Below the pieces are notes generated by a model. The model did not search any database. It had not been told where the DNA came from and worked only from the letters and a program-made list of their open reading frames with translations. The translations under genes were made by a program, and so were the position numbers. Shown here one piece after another: positions 1 to 8,761 of a DNA stretch of 64,000 nucleotides. Source of the DNA: Candidatus Krumholzibacteriota bacterium (GTDB taxonomy: Bacteria > Krumholzibacteriota > Krumholzibacteriia > JAJRXK01); contig CAVXTH010000009.1 of NCBI GenBank assembly GCA_963764625.1, positions 199,739-263,738 of the forward strand. Reading direction: 5' to 3'. Position 1 is the first letter of the stretch, and every line of letters starts with the position of its first letter.

Positions 1-351
1 GCTGATCATGGGGAATGCCACCGAACGCGCGCCCGCCTCTCTCGCCAGCCGCAGACTCTTCCGGTAGCAGCTCTCCAGTCGCTCCGCCTCGTGGGCCTTG
101 CCTCCTTGGTACACCGGACCCACGGTGTGGATCACCCAGTTCGCCGGCAGCTGATAGCCACCGGTGATTCGCGCCTCCCCGGTGGGACAGCCCCCCAGAC
201 CACGACATTCTTCCAGTAGTTTGGGTCCGGCGGCCCGGTGGATGGCGCCGTCGACCCCACCGCCTCCCAGCAGGCTCGTGTTGGCCGCATTCACGATCGC
301 ATCCACCGCCAGGGTGGTGATATCCCCTTGCAGAATCGCGATCCGATCCAT
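1..351 (-). CDS. Macro domain protein (ADP-ribose / O-acetyl-ADP-ribose processing family); C-terminal part lies beyond the window edge
   Basis: Not in ORF track (no in-window stop). Reverse-strand frame from ATG 351..349 reads [43 protein letters not shown]...VIHTVGPVY with no stop to position 1; purine-rich AAAGGGGA 5 nt upstream. Confidence 0.75.
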   Translation of the reverse strand, partial: MDRIAILQGDITTLAVDAIVNAANTSLLGGGGVDGAIHRAAGPKLLEECRGLGGCPTGEARITGGYQLPANWVIHTVGPVYQGGKAHEAERLESCYRKSLRLAREAGARSVAFPMIS

Positions 352-428
352 GGTGTTCCCCTTTCGCACTTGCTTTGACTATAATAAGGACCAGATTGAG
401 CCGACCAAGACCCTGGAGATGGAGTGCG

Positions 429-1386
429 ATGATTTCGATGCGCAGAATGGCCCTCGTCGTGGGCGCAGCGGTGCTGATCCTGAGCTTCGTAGGCTGTAGC
501 CAGAAAGAGCCCATCACCCCGGTGGCTCCCCCGCCCGGGGGAAATGACCTCTTCCCTGGCCTGTCATTCGGAGACGACACGAGCTTCGACATCGTCACCT
601 GGAATATCAAGACCTTCCCCAAGGGGCCCAGCCAGCGGCCTCACTACCTGGCCAAGGCCCTGAGCGCGCTCGACGTCGACGTGGCGGCTCTCCAGGAAAT
701 CGGGAGCGCGAGCGGCCTTCCAGCAGGTGCTCAGCGAGATGGACGGGTACGACGGCCACCTCTCTTCGAGCGCGGCCTACGACGTCAACCTGGCCATCAT
801 CTACAAGACCTCGACCGTGACGAACGTGAGCTTCGAGGAGATCTTCACCTCCGATTGGAACCCCTTCCCACGCAGCCCCTTGGTGATGCACTGCGATTTT
901 CAGGGTACCCCGCTCGTGATCATCGACAATCACTTGAAGTGTTGCGGGGACGGCACCATCGATTCCTCGAGCCATGATGACGAGGAGTACCGCCGGCAAC
1001 GGGCCTGTGAGATGCTGGCCGGCTACATCAACGACAACCTGCCCAACGATCGCGTGATCGTTCTGGGCGATTTCAACGACAGCCTCACCGATCCGGTTCA
1101 GAACAACGTCTTCGAGGCCTTCCTCGACGATTCGACGCACTTCACGTTCTCGGACATGGCCATTGCCGAGGGACCGAGCACCGGCTGGTCATGGATCTTC
1201 TCCAGCTCGTATGGGCCCTCTCACTTCGATCACATCCTCATCACCGACGAGCTCTTCGGCGCCTTCGCCAAGAGTTCCACCGATGTGGAGACGCTGCGTC
1301 CGGACAAGGCTCTGTCGGGTGGCCGGAGCGAGTATACGCAGTACTTGAGCGACCATCTGCCGGTGGGCATGCGCATCGCCTTCTGA
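429..1386 (+). CDS. Endonuclease/exonuclease/phosphatase (EEP) family lipoprotein; reading frame interrupted near 705-716
   Basis: ATG 429 then signal peptide with Cys (LSFVGCSQ); EEP N-terminal motifs (FDIVTWNIK, DVDVAALQEIG) in ORF 375..977, EEP core and C-terminus (AIIYKTS, VLGDFND, SDHLPV) in the +1 frame ORF 727..1386. Confidence 0.7.
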
Positions 1387-1410
1387 TTCGGCTTCAGGCT
1401 AACTCGACCG

Positions 1411-2394
1411 TCACACCCGCACACCACGGCGCAAGAGCGCGGCTCTCACCAGCTGCCGCGTGAAGCCCTCGTGTCCCGCCGGGTCTTGGGCGAGGCAGAG
1501 GTCGGCGCTTCCCGCGTCGGTGGCGGGATAGTAGACGCCGCAGTTGGGATTGATCTCGAGCATGAAGGGAATCCCCTGCGCGTCGACGCGGAGGTCGCAA
1601 CGACCGAAGCTCGCGCCCTTCAGCGCGACGAAGAACCGCGCCGAGACATCGCGCAACCGGGCTTCCAGCACCGGTTCGGTCACCGGAAACGAAGTGAGCT
1701 TGTCGTAGTCGACCCACTTCATCTTCTCGTGTTTGAAACTCTCTCCCTGCGGAAAGCGGTACTGCATCGGCGTGTAGGTGGTGGGTCGCAGGGGATCATC
1801 CGGATTTTCCGCCACCAGAACGGTGCATTCGATTCCGTCGACGTACTCCTCGATGAGAGCAGCTCCGTGCCGTGAGATGATCTTGCGGGCTTGCCGCCGC
1901 AAACCGGCCGGGGACTTGACCCGTGATGCGCGACTCAAATCGACGCTGGCGTAACTGCTATAGTGTTTGACGAAGAGGGGAAAGGAGAGGGTGCGGGCGG
2001 CGAGTTCGACCTCCTCCTCGCTTCTGGCGATGAGGTACGCGGGGGTGGCGATCCCCTCGCGCCGGCAGGCATCCTTCATCGCCTCGCGCGAGGGTTCATA
2101 GAATTCCGAGGTCGCACCGGTGAAGGGCACCCCCGCTTCCTCCAGGACTCGCACCACCTCGATCCCGGGCACATCCTGGTCGGCGGCGCCGTCGCAGAGG
2201 TTGAAGAAGAGATCGAAGCCGTTGCGCACCAAGTGCGTCACCTGGCTGATAGAGGTGCTCTTCCTCAGAGTCGCCACCGTCCAGGCGGCTTCGGGCAGAA
2301 AGGGACGCGGATCGCAGGGCCAGTCGTCGTCCGGAAAGGGGTCGGCGTCGAGTTCCTGAGTGGTGAGGAGGCATATCCGCAACGGCTCCGGCAT
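1411..2394 (-). CDS. ATP-grasp enzyme, D-alanine--D-alanine ligase-like fold
   Basis: ORF 1411..2763 trimmed to ATG 2394; Ddl-like N-domain and ATP-grasp core (FVKHYSSYASVD, LIEEYVDGIECTV, MLEINPNCG); start 1 nt after upstream stop. Confidence 0.8.
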   Translation of the reverse strand: MPEPLRICLLTTQELDADPFPDDDWPCDPRPFLPEAAWTVATLRKSTSISQVTHLVRNGFDLFFNLCDGAADQDVPGIEVVRVLEEAGVPFTGATSEFYEPSREAMKDACRREGIATPAYLIARSEEEVELAARTLSFPLFVKHYSSYASVDLSRASRVKSPAGLRRQARKIISRHGAALIEEYVDGIECTVLVAENPDDPLRPTTYTPMQYRFPQGESFKHEKMKWVDYDKLTSFPVTEPVLEARLRDVSARFFVALKGASFGRCDLRVDAQGIPFMLEINPNCGVYYPATDAGSADLCLAQDPAGHEGFTRQLVRAALLRRGVRV

Positions 2395-2395
2395 C

Positions 2396-2824
2396 CTAGG
2401 ACTCCAGCCATCGGGATGAATCAAGCTCGGGCGGAAGGGGGCAGCTCGAATAGGGAGAAAACCAGGAGTACCGGTGACGGGCCACGAAGGAATAGAGTTG
2501 GTCACGAAAGCATCGGGGAAAGACTCGTCCGAAGCGCAAGATTCTCCATACTCCTGACAGTTCGGCGAAGACGGCCAAGACCGCATCCGATCGGATCCTG
2601 GCTCGACCATCGACGATGACCACGATAGTATCCGTGGGTGGGGCGGGTGGATCAAGCTCGGAAAGCACTCGCCGCGCGGCCGCCGACTGCAGGGGAGCAA
2701 AGCGAAAGACCTCGCGCCGGTCGTGCCGAAGCACCCAGCGCACCCAACCGTTGCACAGGGCACACAGGCCGTCGTAAAGAATCAGTGGATCGCGCGGATG
2801 GGAGGAAGAGACCTCGCTCTTCAC
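2396..2824 (-). CDS. DUF393 / DCC-family thiol-disulfide oxidoreductase-like protein
   Basis: LILYDGLCALCNGWVRW motif; GTG 2824 overlaps the upstream TGA stop (GTGA), so start chosen there rather than ORF-track 2851. Confidence 0.65.
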   Translation of the reverse strand: MKSEVSSSHPRDPLILYDGLCALCNGWVRWVLRHDRREVFRFAPLQSAAARRVLSELDPPAPPTDTIVVIVDGRARIRSDAVLAVFAELSGVWRILRFGRVFPRCFRDQLYSFVARHRYSWFSPYSSCPLPPELDSSRWLES

Positions 2825-3381
2825 CGGAAACCGGCCTTGAGCGCGCTCCACCCCGATTCGTTCTCCACGCCTACCGGTCCGGTTCGGACGGCCGCCACCT
2901 GAAACACCCGATCGTAGCAGTACATGCCGTTCATGGAGACCGTTACGTTCAGATCGGGAAACTCGTTCACGAGTGGAACCAGGCCGCTATCGAAGTGGAG
3001 AGGCGGCTCGCCGTCGATGCTCAGATCCAGGAGAAGCTGCTGCTGATGGGCGCCTTCATCGAGGCGCAGGAGCCCATTCCCTTCGATCCGGTGAAACACT
3101 TCGCCTTGCCACCGGACGATCCAATTCACCCGGCTCAGCTCGTAGTCCACGAACTGGCCGTCCTCGCCGCTGCGCCGTAGGATGAACGTACCCTTCAGCC
3201 CAGTTTGTGCCAGGATCGGACACTCGCAGGGATCGAAGCAGCCCTCCTGATAACCGGCATCGGCCTGGAGCTCGTAGAGGTACTCGATGGTCGCGGAGAT
3301 TTTGGGATTCGAGCTCGGGGCTGCCCCGACAGATGATGAGCCTGTTGCCAGCATGAGCAGAACGAGGGTGGTGAGTCCCAT
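2821..3381 (-). CDS. Hypothetical secreted protein (signal peptide, Cys-containing)
   Basis: ORF 2821..3828 trimmed to ATG 3381, which is preceded by GAAGGAGG with 7-nt spacer; N-terminus MGLTTLVLLMLATGSSSVGAAPS is signal-peptide-like. Confidence 0.6.
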   Translation of the reverse strand: MGLTTLVLLMLATGSSSVGAAPSSNPKISATIEYLYELQADAGYQEGCFDPCECPILAQTGLKGTFILRRSGEDGQFVDYELSRVNWIVRWQGEVFHRIEGNGLLRLDEGAHQQQLLLDLSIDGEPPLHFDSGLVPLVNEFPDLNVTVSMNGMYCYDRVFQVAAVRTGPVGVENESGWSALKAGFR

Positions 3382-3513
3382 GCCACGGCCTCCTTCAGCT
3401 TCGAGGCGCGGGTCGAAGACGGAAAGAACTTCCCTCACTCCGTCCCGCTTTCTGTACTCTCGAAGCTGATGACAGTATAGCACCCTGTTCCCTCCCGCGG
3501 AAGGACCGCAAGG

Positions 3514-4323
3514 ATGTTCCGAATCGCCATCATCGGCTGTGGCAACATGGGTTTGAGCTACGCTCGGTCGTTCCTCCGCTTCAATCTGGTGACGAAGGAG
3601 AATCTGCTTCTCGTCGCCAAGAACGAAGAGCATGCGAAGAAGCTGGCGGAGATGAACCTGGGGAGGGTCATCCCCAAGATCGATGAGCGCGTGGCGGACT
3701 ATGGCGTGCTCGTGCTCGCGGTCAAGCCGCAGGACTTCTCCAGCATTGCGCCCGCGCTGAGCAGCGTACTCCGCCCCGACCACGTACTGCTTTCGGTAAT
3801 GGCGGGAATAACCACCGCCACTCTTCAAGAGCAGTTACATCACGACGCGATCGTTCGAGCCATGCCCAACACTCCGACCCAACTCGGCATGGGCGTGACG
3901 GCGTTCATCGCCACCGAGGTCGTCAATCTGCATCGGATTAGCGTGATCGACAGTCTCTTGTCCACGACGGGTCGTACCATCCTCTTGGGAGAGGAGAGCC
4001 AGCTCGACGCGGTCACCGCGCTCAGCGGCAGCGGCCCGGCCTATTTCTTCCACATCATCGAAATCATGATTCGAGCCGGGGTGTCCATGGGCCTGGACGA
4101 GTCGGTGTCGGCCATGCTGGTCAAACAGACCATGCAGGGGTCGTTTCATCTACTCAACCAATCGTCCGAGAGTCTGGAGGAGCTCGTGGCCGCGGTCAGT
4201 TCCAAGGGGGGCACTACTGAAGCCGCGTTCCAGAGGCTCGAAGAGGGCGAGTTCGCACGAACACTCAGTGAGGCGATTCTCGCCGCGCACAAGCGGGCAA
4301 AGCAACTTTCCGAGTCGAAGTGA
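3514..4323 (+). CDS. proC: Pyrroline-5-carboxylate reductase
   Basis: 269 aa; Rossmann N-terminus IAIIGCGNMG and full-length ProC-like sequence (AMPNTPTQLGMG, SGSGPAYFF, SKGGTTEAA). Confidence 0.95.
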   Translation: MFRIAIIGCGNMGLSYARSFLRFNLVTKENLLLVAKNEEHAKKLAEMNLGRVIPKIDERVADYGVLVLAVKPQDFSSIAPALSSVLRPDHVLLSVMAGITTATLQEQLHHDAIVRAMPNTPTQLGMGVTAFIATEVVNLHRISVIDSLLSTTGRTILLGEESQLDAVTALSGSGPAYFFHIIEIMIRAGVSMGLDESVSAMLVKQTMQGSFHLLNQSSESLEELVAAVSSKGGTTEAAFQRLEEGEFARTLSEAILAAHKRAKQLSESK

Positions 4324-4465
4324 GGACGTTCCCGATGAAAGCTGGGATGGACCGCCCGCCACGTCTCTGGTATTCTTCGTAGCCCCCTCGAACTGAAAGA
4401 CGCGCACTTGATCGGGAAAATGCCTAGGCCAATACGAAATCGTCAAACTGCTCGGTCGCGGAGGA

Positions 4466-7141
4466 ATGGGAGAAGTCTATCTCGCGCGCGACACCCGACT
4501 GGACCGCGAAGTCGCTCTGAAACTTCTGCCGAAGAATCTCTCTGCGGATTCCGAGCGTCTGGCTCGCTTCAGAAGAGAGGCAAAAGTGTTGGCCTCTCTC
4601 AATCACGACAACATCGCGGGACTCTTCGGTTTGGAGGAGGAAGCGGGGAACATTTTTCTGGTGATGGAGTTGGCGCACGGGCAGGAACTCGCCCAGCGGA
4701 TCGCGAAGGGGGCCCTCGCGTTGGAAGAGGCGGTCCAGATCGCCCGGCAGATCGCGGCCGGCCTGGAGGAAGCGCACGAGAAGGGGATCGTCCACCGCGA
4801 CCTCAAGCCCGCCAACGTGATGATCTCCGAGGACGGCAAGGTCAAGATCCTCGACTTCGGTCTCGCGCGCGCCTTCGCCGGGGAGGGGACACACGAGGAA
4901 GAGATTGCGAATTCCCCGACGATCACGGCCGCGATGACCCAGGCGGGAACCATTTTGGGCACTGCCGCCTACATGAGTCCCGAGCAGGCACGAGGAAAAC
5001 GCGTCGATCGCCGCGCCGATATCTGGGCCTTCGGAGTCATTCTCTTCGAAATGCTTACGGGGAGGCAGCTCTTCGCCGGGGAGACGGTCACCGATACCCT
5101 GGCGGGCATCCTCAAGACCGATCCAGATTGGGAAGCCCTGCCGGCGGACCTGCCGCCCCACGTGGAGCGGGTGTTGCGCCGTTGCCTCTCCAAAGATCCC
5201 AAGCAACGTCTGCGTGACATCGGGGAAGCGCGCATTCGGCTGGTGGGAACCCCGGGCGAAACCGGGACGGCCTCCCCGCGCGATCACGAGCCGGCATCCC
5301 CGTGGAGTGTGCGACTACCCTGGGGCATCGCGGTGGCCGCGGTCGCAGTGGCGGCCCTGGCGATCTGGCTTCCCGGGCCCCTGAAACCACGCGGGCTTTC
5401 GAGCGAGAGATTGGGAGTCATCCGCTTCAGCATCCCCATCGCGCATCCCGTCGACGGGGGGGCGGGAGTTCCCACCGAACCCGGCGCATGGCTGGACAGC
5501 CGCTTCTTCAACCTCAGTCCCGATGGCAAAACCCTGGCATTTCTGGTGAGCGAGGACAGCAGCTACGCGCTGGGTGTCCGCCGGCTCGACCACGAGGGAA
5601 TCCAGCGTTTTGCGGCGCCCGACTATCTGGGTGACATTTTCTTTTCGCCCCGAGGCGAACGGATCGGCTATTGCGGCCCCACGAAATTTCAGGCGATTTC
5701 GCTGAATGGGGGTGCTCTCACCGATCTGTGCGCCGCGATGGGCTACACGCGCGGTGTGCTTTGGGAGACCGAAGATACCCTGATCCTGCCCTTTGGCGCG
5801 AATTCTCCTCTCCTGCGTGCAAATCTGAGTGAGGCGAAGTTCGATACCCTGAGCCATCTCGATCTCGATGCCGGCGAGCGGACTCATCGTTGGCCTGCGA
5901 TTCTCCCCGACGGGCGCGGCTATCTGGTGACGGCGGGCAACGACCTCATCCTGGATTTCGACGATGCGCAAGTCGCGGCCATCGACTCCAAGGACCACAG
6001 CATTCACTACCTGGTTCAGGGCAACATGCCGAGCTACACCAGCAATGGGCTACTCATCTTCCACCGCTCGGGGACCCTCTACGCCGCGCGCTTTGATCTG
6101 AAGTCGCTCTCCATCCTCGGTGATCCCTTGTCCGTGCTCAGCGGAGTGATGTACCGGCCGGTAAGCGGGGTTGCCCAGTACGCGATCTCGCAGAATGGCA
6201 CTTTGTGCTACGTGCCCGGCGGGCCCATGAGCTCTCGCACCAAGCTCTTCTGGGAGTCTCCCGACGGATCGCGCACGGAAATCCTCGATCAGGAGGGGAC
6301 GATTCAAAATGTCGCAGTGAGTCGGGATGGACGCCATTTGGCGATGGAGATCGACGCCGCCAACTCCAACGTCTGGACCTTCGACATCGCGCGCAAGAGT
6401 CTGTCGCGCCTCACGTTCAAGGGTAGTGTCGGTTACCCCGCATGGGATGCCAAGGGCGAGATGGTGTACTTCTCCTCTACTCGGCGCGGCATTCGCTCCA
6501 TCTACCGGCGGCGGGCGGACGGCGGTGGAGAGGCCGAGTTGGCATTCAAGGGAAGCGACGAAAGATCTCCCCGCGACTGTGACGTATCCCCGGTGGGAAA
6601 TCAACTCTGTGCGGTCGTCGTGCTTCGCAATGGCTCGAGCGATCTCTACCGAATCGATCCCGAGCATCCCGAGGAAGGAGTGCCATTTCTCGATTCTCGT
6701 TTCCTCGAGTTCGATCCCAGCTTCTCCCCCGATGGTCACTGGCTGGCCTACGCCTCTGACGAAACCGGGACGCCGGAGATCTACGTACGCCGCTTTCCCC
6801 AGGGAGACAAGAAACAGAAAGTCTCCTCCGACGGCGGCCGGGATCCTCACTGGTCTCGCAACGGAAGTACTCTGTACTATATGGGACTGCGGAAAATCAT
6901 GAAGGCCAGTATCGTTCAAGATGAGAATCTCCTCATCGGAGTCCCGACTGTAGCCCTATCTCTACCGAATGCCCGGGTGGATACGGACCTGAGGGACATC
7001 TATTCCAAGAAGAATTTCGAAGTGGGGCCGCTGAAAGACAGATTTCTGCTCACCGAGGTGCAATCGGTGGGAGAGCTTCCCGAGCGTCTGGAGATCGTGC
7101 TGAACTGGTTCGACGAGTTGAAGCAGAAGCTGGGCAACTAG
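4466..7141 (+). CDS. Ser/Thr protein kinase (Hanks type) with transmembrane segment and periplasmic TolB-like beta-propeller repeats; true start probably upstream (see findings)
   Basis: Kinase motifs HRDLKPANV, DFGLAR, SPEQ; TM helix GIAVAAVAVAALAIWL; repeated FSPDG/VSRDG propeller blades. In-frame ORF begins inside the glycine loop (GRGGMGEVY). Confidence 0.85.
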   Translation: MGEVYLARDTRLDREVALKLLPKNLSADSERLARFRREAKVLASLNHDNIAGLFGLEEEAGNIFLVMELAHGQELAQRIAKGALALEEAVQIARQIAAGLEEAHEKGIVHRDLKPANVMISEDGKVKILDFGLARAFAGEGTHEEEIANSPTITAAMTQAGTILGTAAYMSPEQARGKRVDRRADIWAFGVILFEMLTGRQLFAGETVTDTLAGILKTDPDWEALPADLPPHVERVLRRCLSKDPKQRLRDIGEARIRLVGTPGETGTASPRDHEPASPWSVRLPWGIAVAAVAVAALAIWLPGPLKPRGLSSERLGVIRFSIPIAHPVDGGAGVPTEPGAWLDSRFFNLSPDGKTLAFLVSEDSSYALGVRRLDHEGIQRFAAPDYLGDIFFSPRGERIGYCGPTKFQAISLNGGALTDLCAAMGYTRGVLWETEDTLILPFGANSPLLRANLSEAKFDTLSHLDLDAGERTHRWPAILPDGRGYLVTAGNDLILDFDDAQVAAIDSKDHSIHYLVQGNMPSYTSNGLLIFHRSGTLYAARFDLKSLSILGDPLSVLSGVMYRPVSGVAQYAISQNGTLCYVPGGPMSSRTKLFWESPDGSRTEILDQEGTIQNVAVSRDGRHLAMEIDAANSNVWTFDIARKSLSRLTFKGSVGYPAWDAKGEMVYFSSTRRGIRSIYRRRADGGGEAELAFKGSDERSPRDCDVSPVGNQLCAVVVLRNGSSDLYRIDPEHPEEGVPFLDSRFLEFDPSFSPDGHWLAYASDETGTPEIYVRRFPQGDKKQKVSSDGGRDPHWSRNGSTLYYMGLRKIMKASIVQDENLLIGVPTVALSLPNARVDTDLRDIYSKKNFEVGPLKDRFLLTEVQSVGELPERLEIVLNWFDELKQKLGN

Positions 7142-7223
7142 ACGACGGACCGGGGCGCCTTGCCGAGCCTTCGGGGGCTGAATATCATGGACAGGCAGCC
7201 ATGCGGCATTCCCACCGTTCACC

Positions 7224-8702
7224 ATGGAGATCTGCGATGAAGGCTCCCCGGCCAGAATCCGCCGAGGCCACGGCAGCGGCGCACGGGCTTCCGACTCCGT
7301 ACGCGCTTGGGGCGCATTGCTTCTCCTGCTCGCACCATTCGTTCTCTCTTCCTGCGGCTTGGTTCAGAACCGCGAAAACACGGCGATGAAGAAGCTGCGC
7401 GAGGAGGTGCGCGGCAAGAATCTCGTGATGGTATTGCTCGACGCGGGGGGCTATGGCCACTTCGGTTTCGCGGGCTACGATCGCGATACCACCCCGAACA
7501 TCGACGCGCTGGCCGCCCAGAGCCTGGTGTTCGACACGGCCTACACGGAGGCGGCGTCGACCGGACCTTCGGTCTACGCCATGTTCACCTCCAGTTATCC
7601 CTTTCTCGCGGAACAGCAAGGACTCAAGGGCATCCGGGACGCCCCCTTCAAGATCGATGAGAAGACGGAGTTGATGCCGGCGCTCCTCGCACCGAAGTTC
7701 ACGCGGCGCGTGGCCTATTCGGCCAATGCTTGGATTGGCCCCGCGTTCGGTTTCGATCGCGGGTTCACCCAGTTTCACGAGATCTACGACAACGAAGCGG
7801 TGCCCGATTCGACCGAGCACCTCGCGGCTCGCAACGTCGATGCGTTCAAGAAGGATTTGAAGTCGTGGGGAAACGAACCGGTCTTCGTCTATCTTCATTT
7901 TCTGGAACCGCACTCGCCGTACAAACCCCCCGAGGAATTTGCCCGCAAGTTCGATTCGACGGCAATGGACAGCATCGACGCCAGCTCGCAGAGTCTCCTG
8001 CAATACCGCTTCGATCCTCCGAGCCCCCACCGGCAGGAAATGATCCGATCCCTCTACGACGGAAATCTGACCTACGTCGACTCAAAGGTTGGCGAGGTGA
8101 TCGAAGCCCTGAAGAAGAGCGGACACTGGAACGATACCGTCTTCTTGGTGATCGCCGATCATGGGGAAGCGTTCTGGGAGCATGGGGTCTACGAGCATGG
8201 TCACCATATCTATGATGAGTTCATGCGAATTCCTTTCATCCTGCACCTTCCGGGAGCGAAGGATCTCGTGGGCCGCCACATCAAACAGCCGGTTTCCCTG
8301 GTCGATCTGTTGCCCACCTACCTGGATCTCTTCGGAATCACTCCCCCGGACAGCCTGAGAGGTGACAGCCTGCTTCCCCTCATCGCGGGCAAAACCAAGG
8401 CCTTCGAGACGCGAAAGATCTTCCTGCGCAACACCCACCGAACCGTGCCGGAATTTGGCGTGCGCGCAGGTGATTACAAGTGGATCTATCGGGTGCGCGA
8501 GAGCAGCTACCAACTGTACGACCTCGCGGAGGATCCGCACGAACAGCACGATTTGGTCGCGGCGGGCATGGTTCCACCGGCCATCGAACCCCTTCGCAAG
8601 GAGATCGGGTTGTGGATCGCCACCGGAACGCACCGCATTCAACCGGTGGAAAAGCTCGATCCCAAGACAGAACAGAGACTCCACGCCATCGGCTATTTTT
8701 GA
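7224..8702 (+). CDS. Sulfatase-like (alkaline phosphatase superfamily) lipoprotein, paralog 1; Thr in place of the formylglycine Cys
   Basis: 492 aa ORF; lipobox VLSSCG; active-site region ASTGPSVYAMFTSSYP replaces the CxPxR motif; ADHGE and HG.H metal-binding motifs. Alternative start ATG 7237 has a GGAG SD but is in another frame. Confidence 0.8.
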   Translation: MEICDEGSPARIRRGHGSGARASDSVRAWGALLLLLAPFVLSSCGLVQNRENTAMKKLREEVRGKNLVMVLLDAGGYGHFGFAGYDRDTTPNIDALAAQSLVFDTAYTEAASTGPSVYAMFTSSYPFLAEQQGLKGIRDAPFKIDEKTELMPALLAPKFTRRVAYSANAWIGPAFGFDRGFTQFHEIYDNEAVPDSTEHLAARNVDAFKKDLKSWGNEPVFVYLHFLEPHSPYKPPEEFARKFDSTAMDSIDASSQSLLQYRFDPPSPHRQEMIRSLYDGNLTYVDSKVGEVIEALKKSGHWNDTVFLVIADHGEAFWEHGVYEHGHHIYDEFMRIPFILHLPGAKDLVGRHIKQPVSLVDLLPTYLDLFGITPPDSLRGDSLLPLIAGKTKAFETRKIFLRNTHRTVPEFGVRAGDYKWIYRVRESSYQLYDLAEDPHEQHDLVAAGMVPPAIEPLRKEIGLWIATGTHRIQPVEKLDPKTEQRLHAIGYF

Positions 8703-8761
8703 GGGAATCTCATGAACGGACGCACAACCAGTACTCATTCCGTCTCTCTTGGAGGTCCTTC

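Noticed and set aside
4408-5287. ORFs 4408..5217 (+) and 4424..5287 (-) overlapping the kinase catalytic domain
   Set aside because: Arg/Gly/Pro-rich products; the kinase frame carries all Hanks motifs.
7201-7389. 62-aa ORF starting at ATG 7201 upstream of the first sulfatase-like gene
   Set aside because: Not an independent gene; its frame is the one that matches the paralogue N-terminus, which is treated as a frame inconsistency within the sulfatase gene instead.
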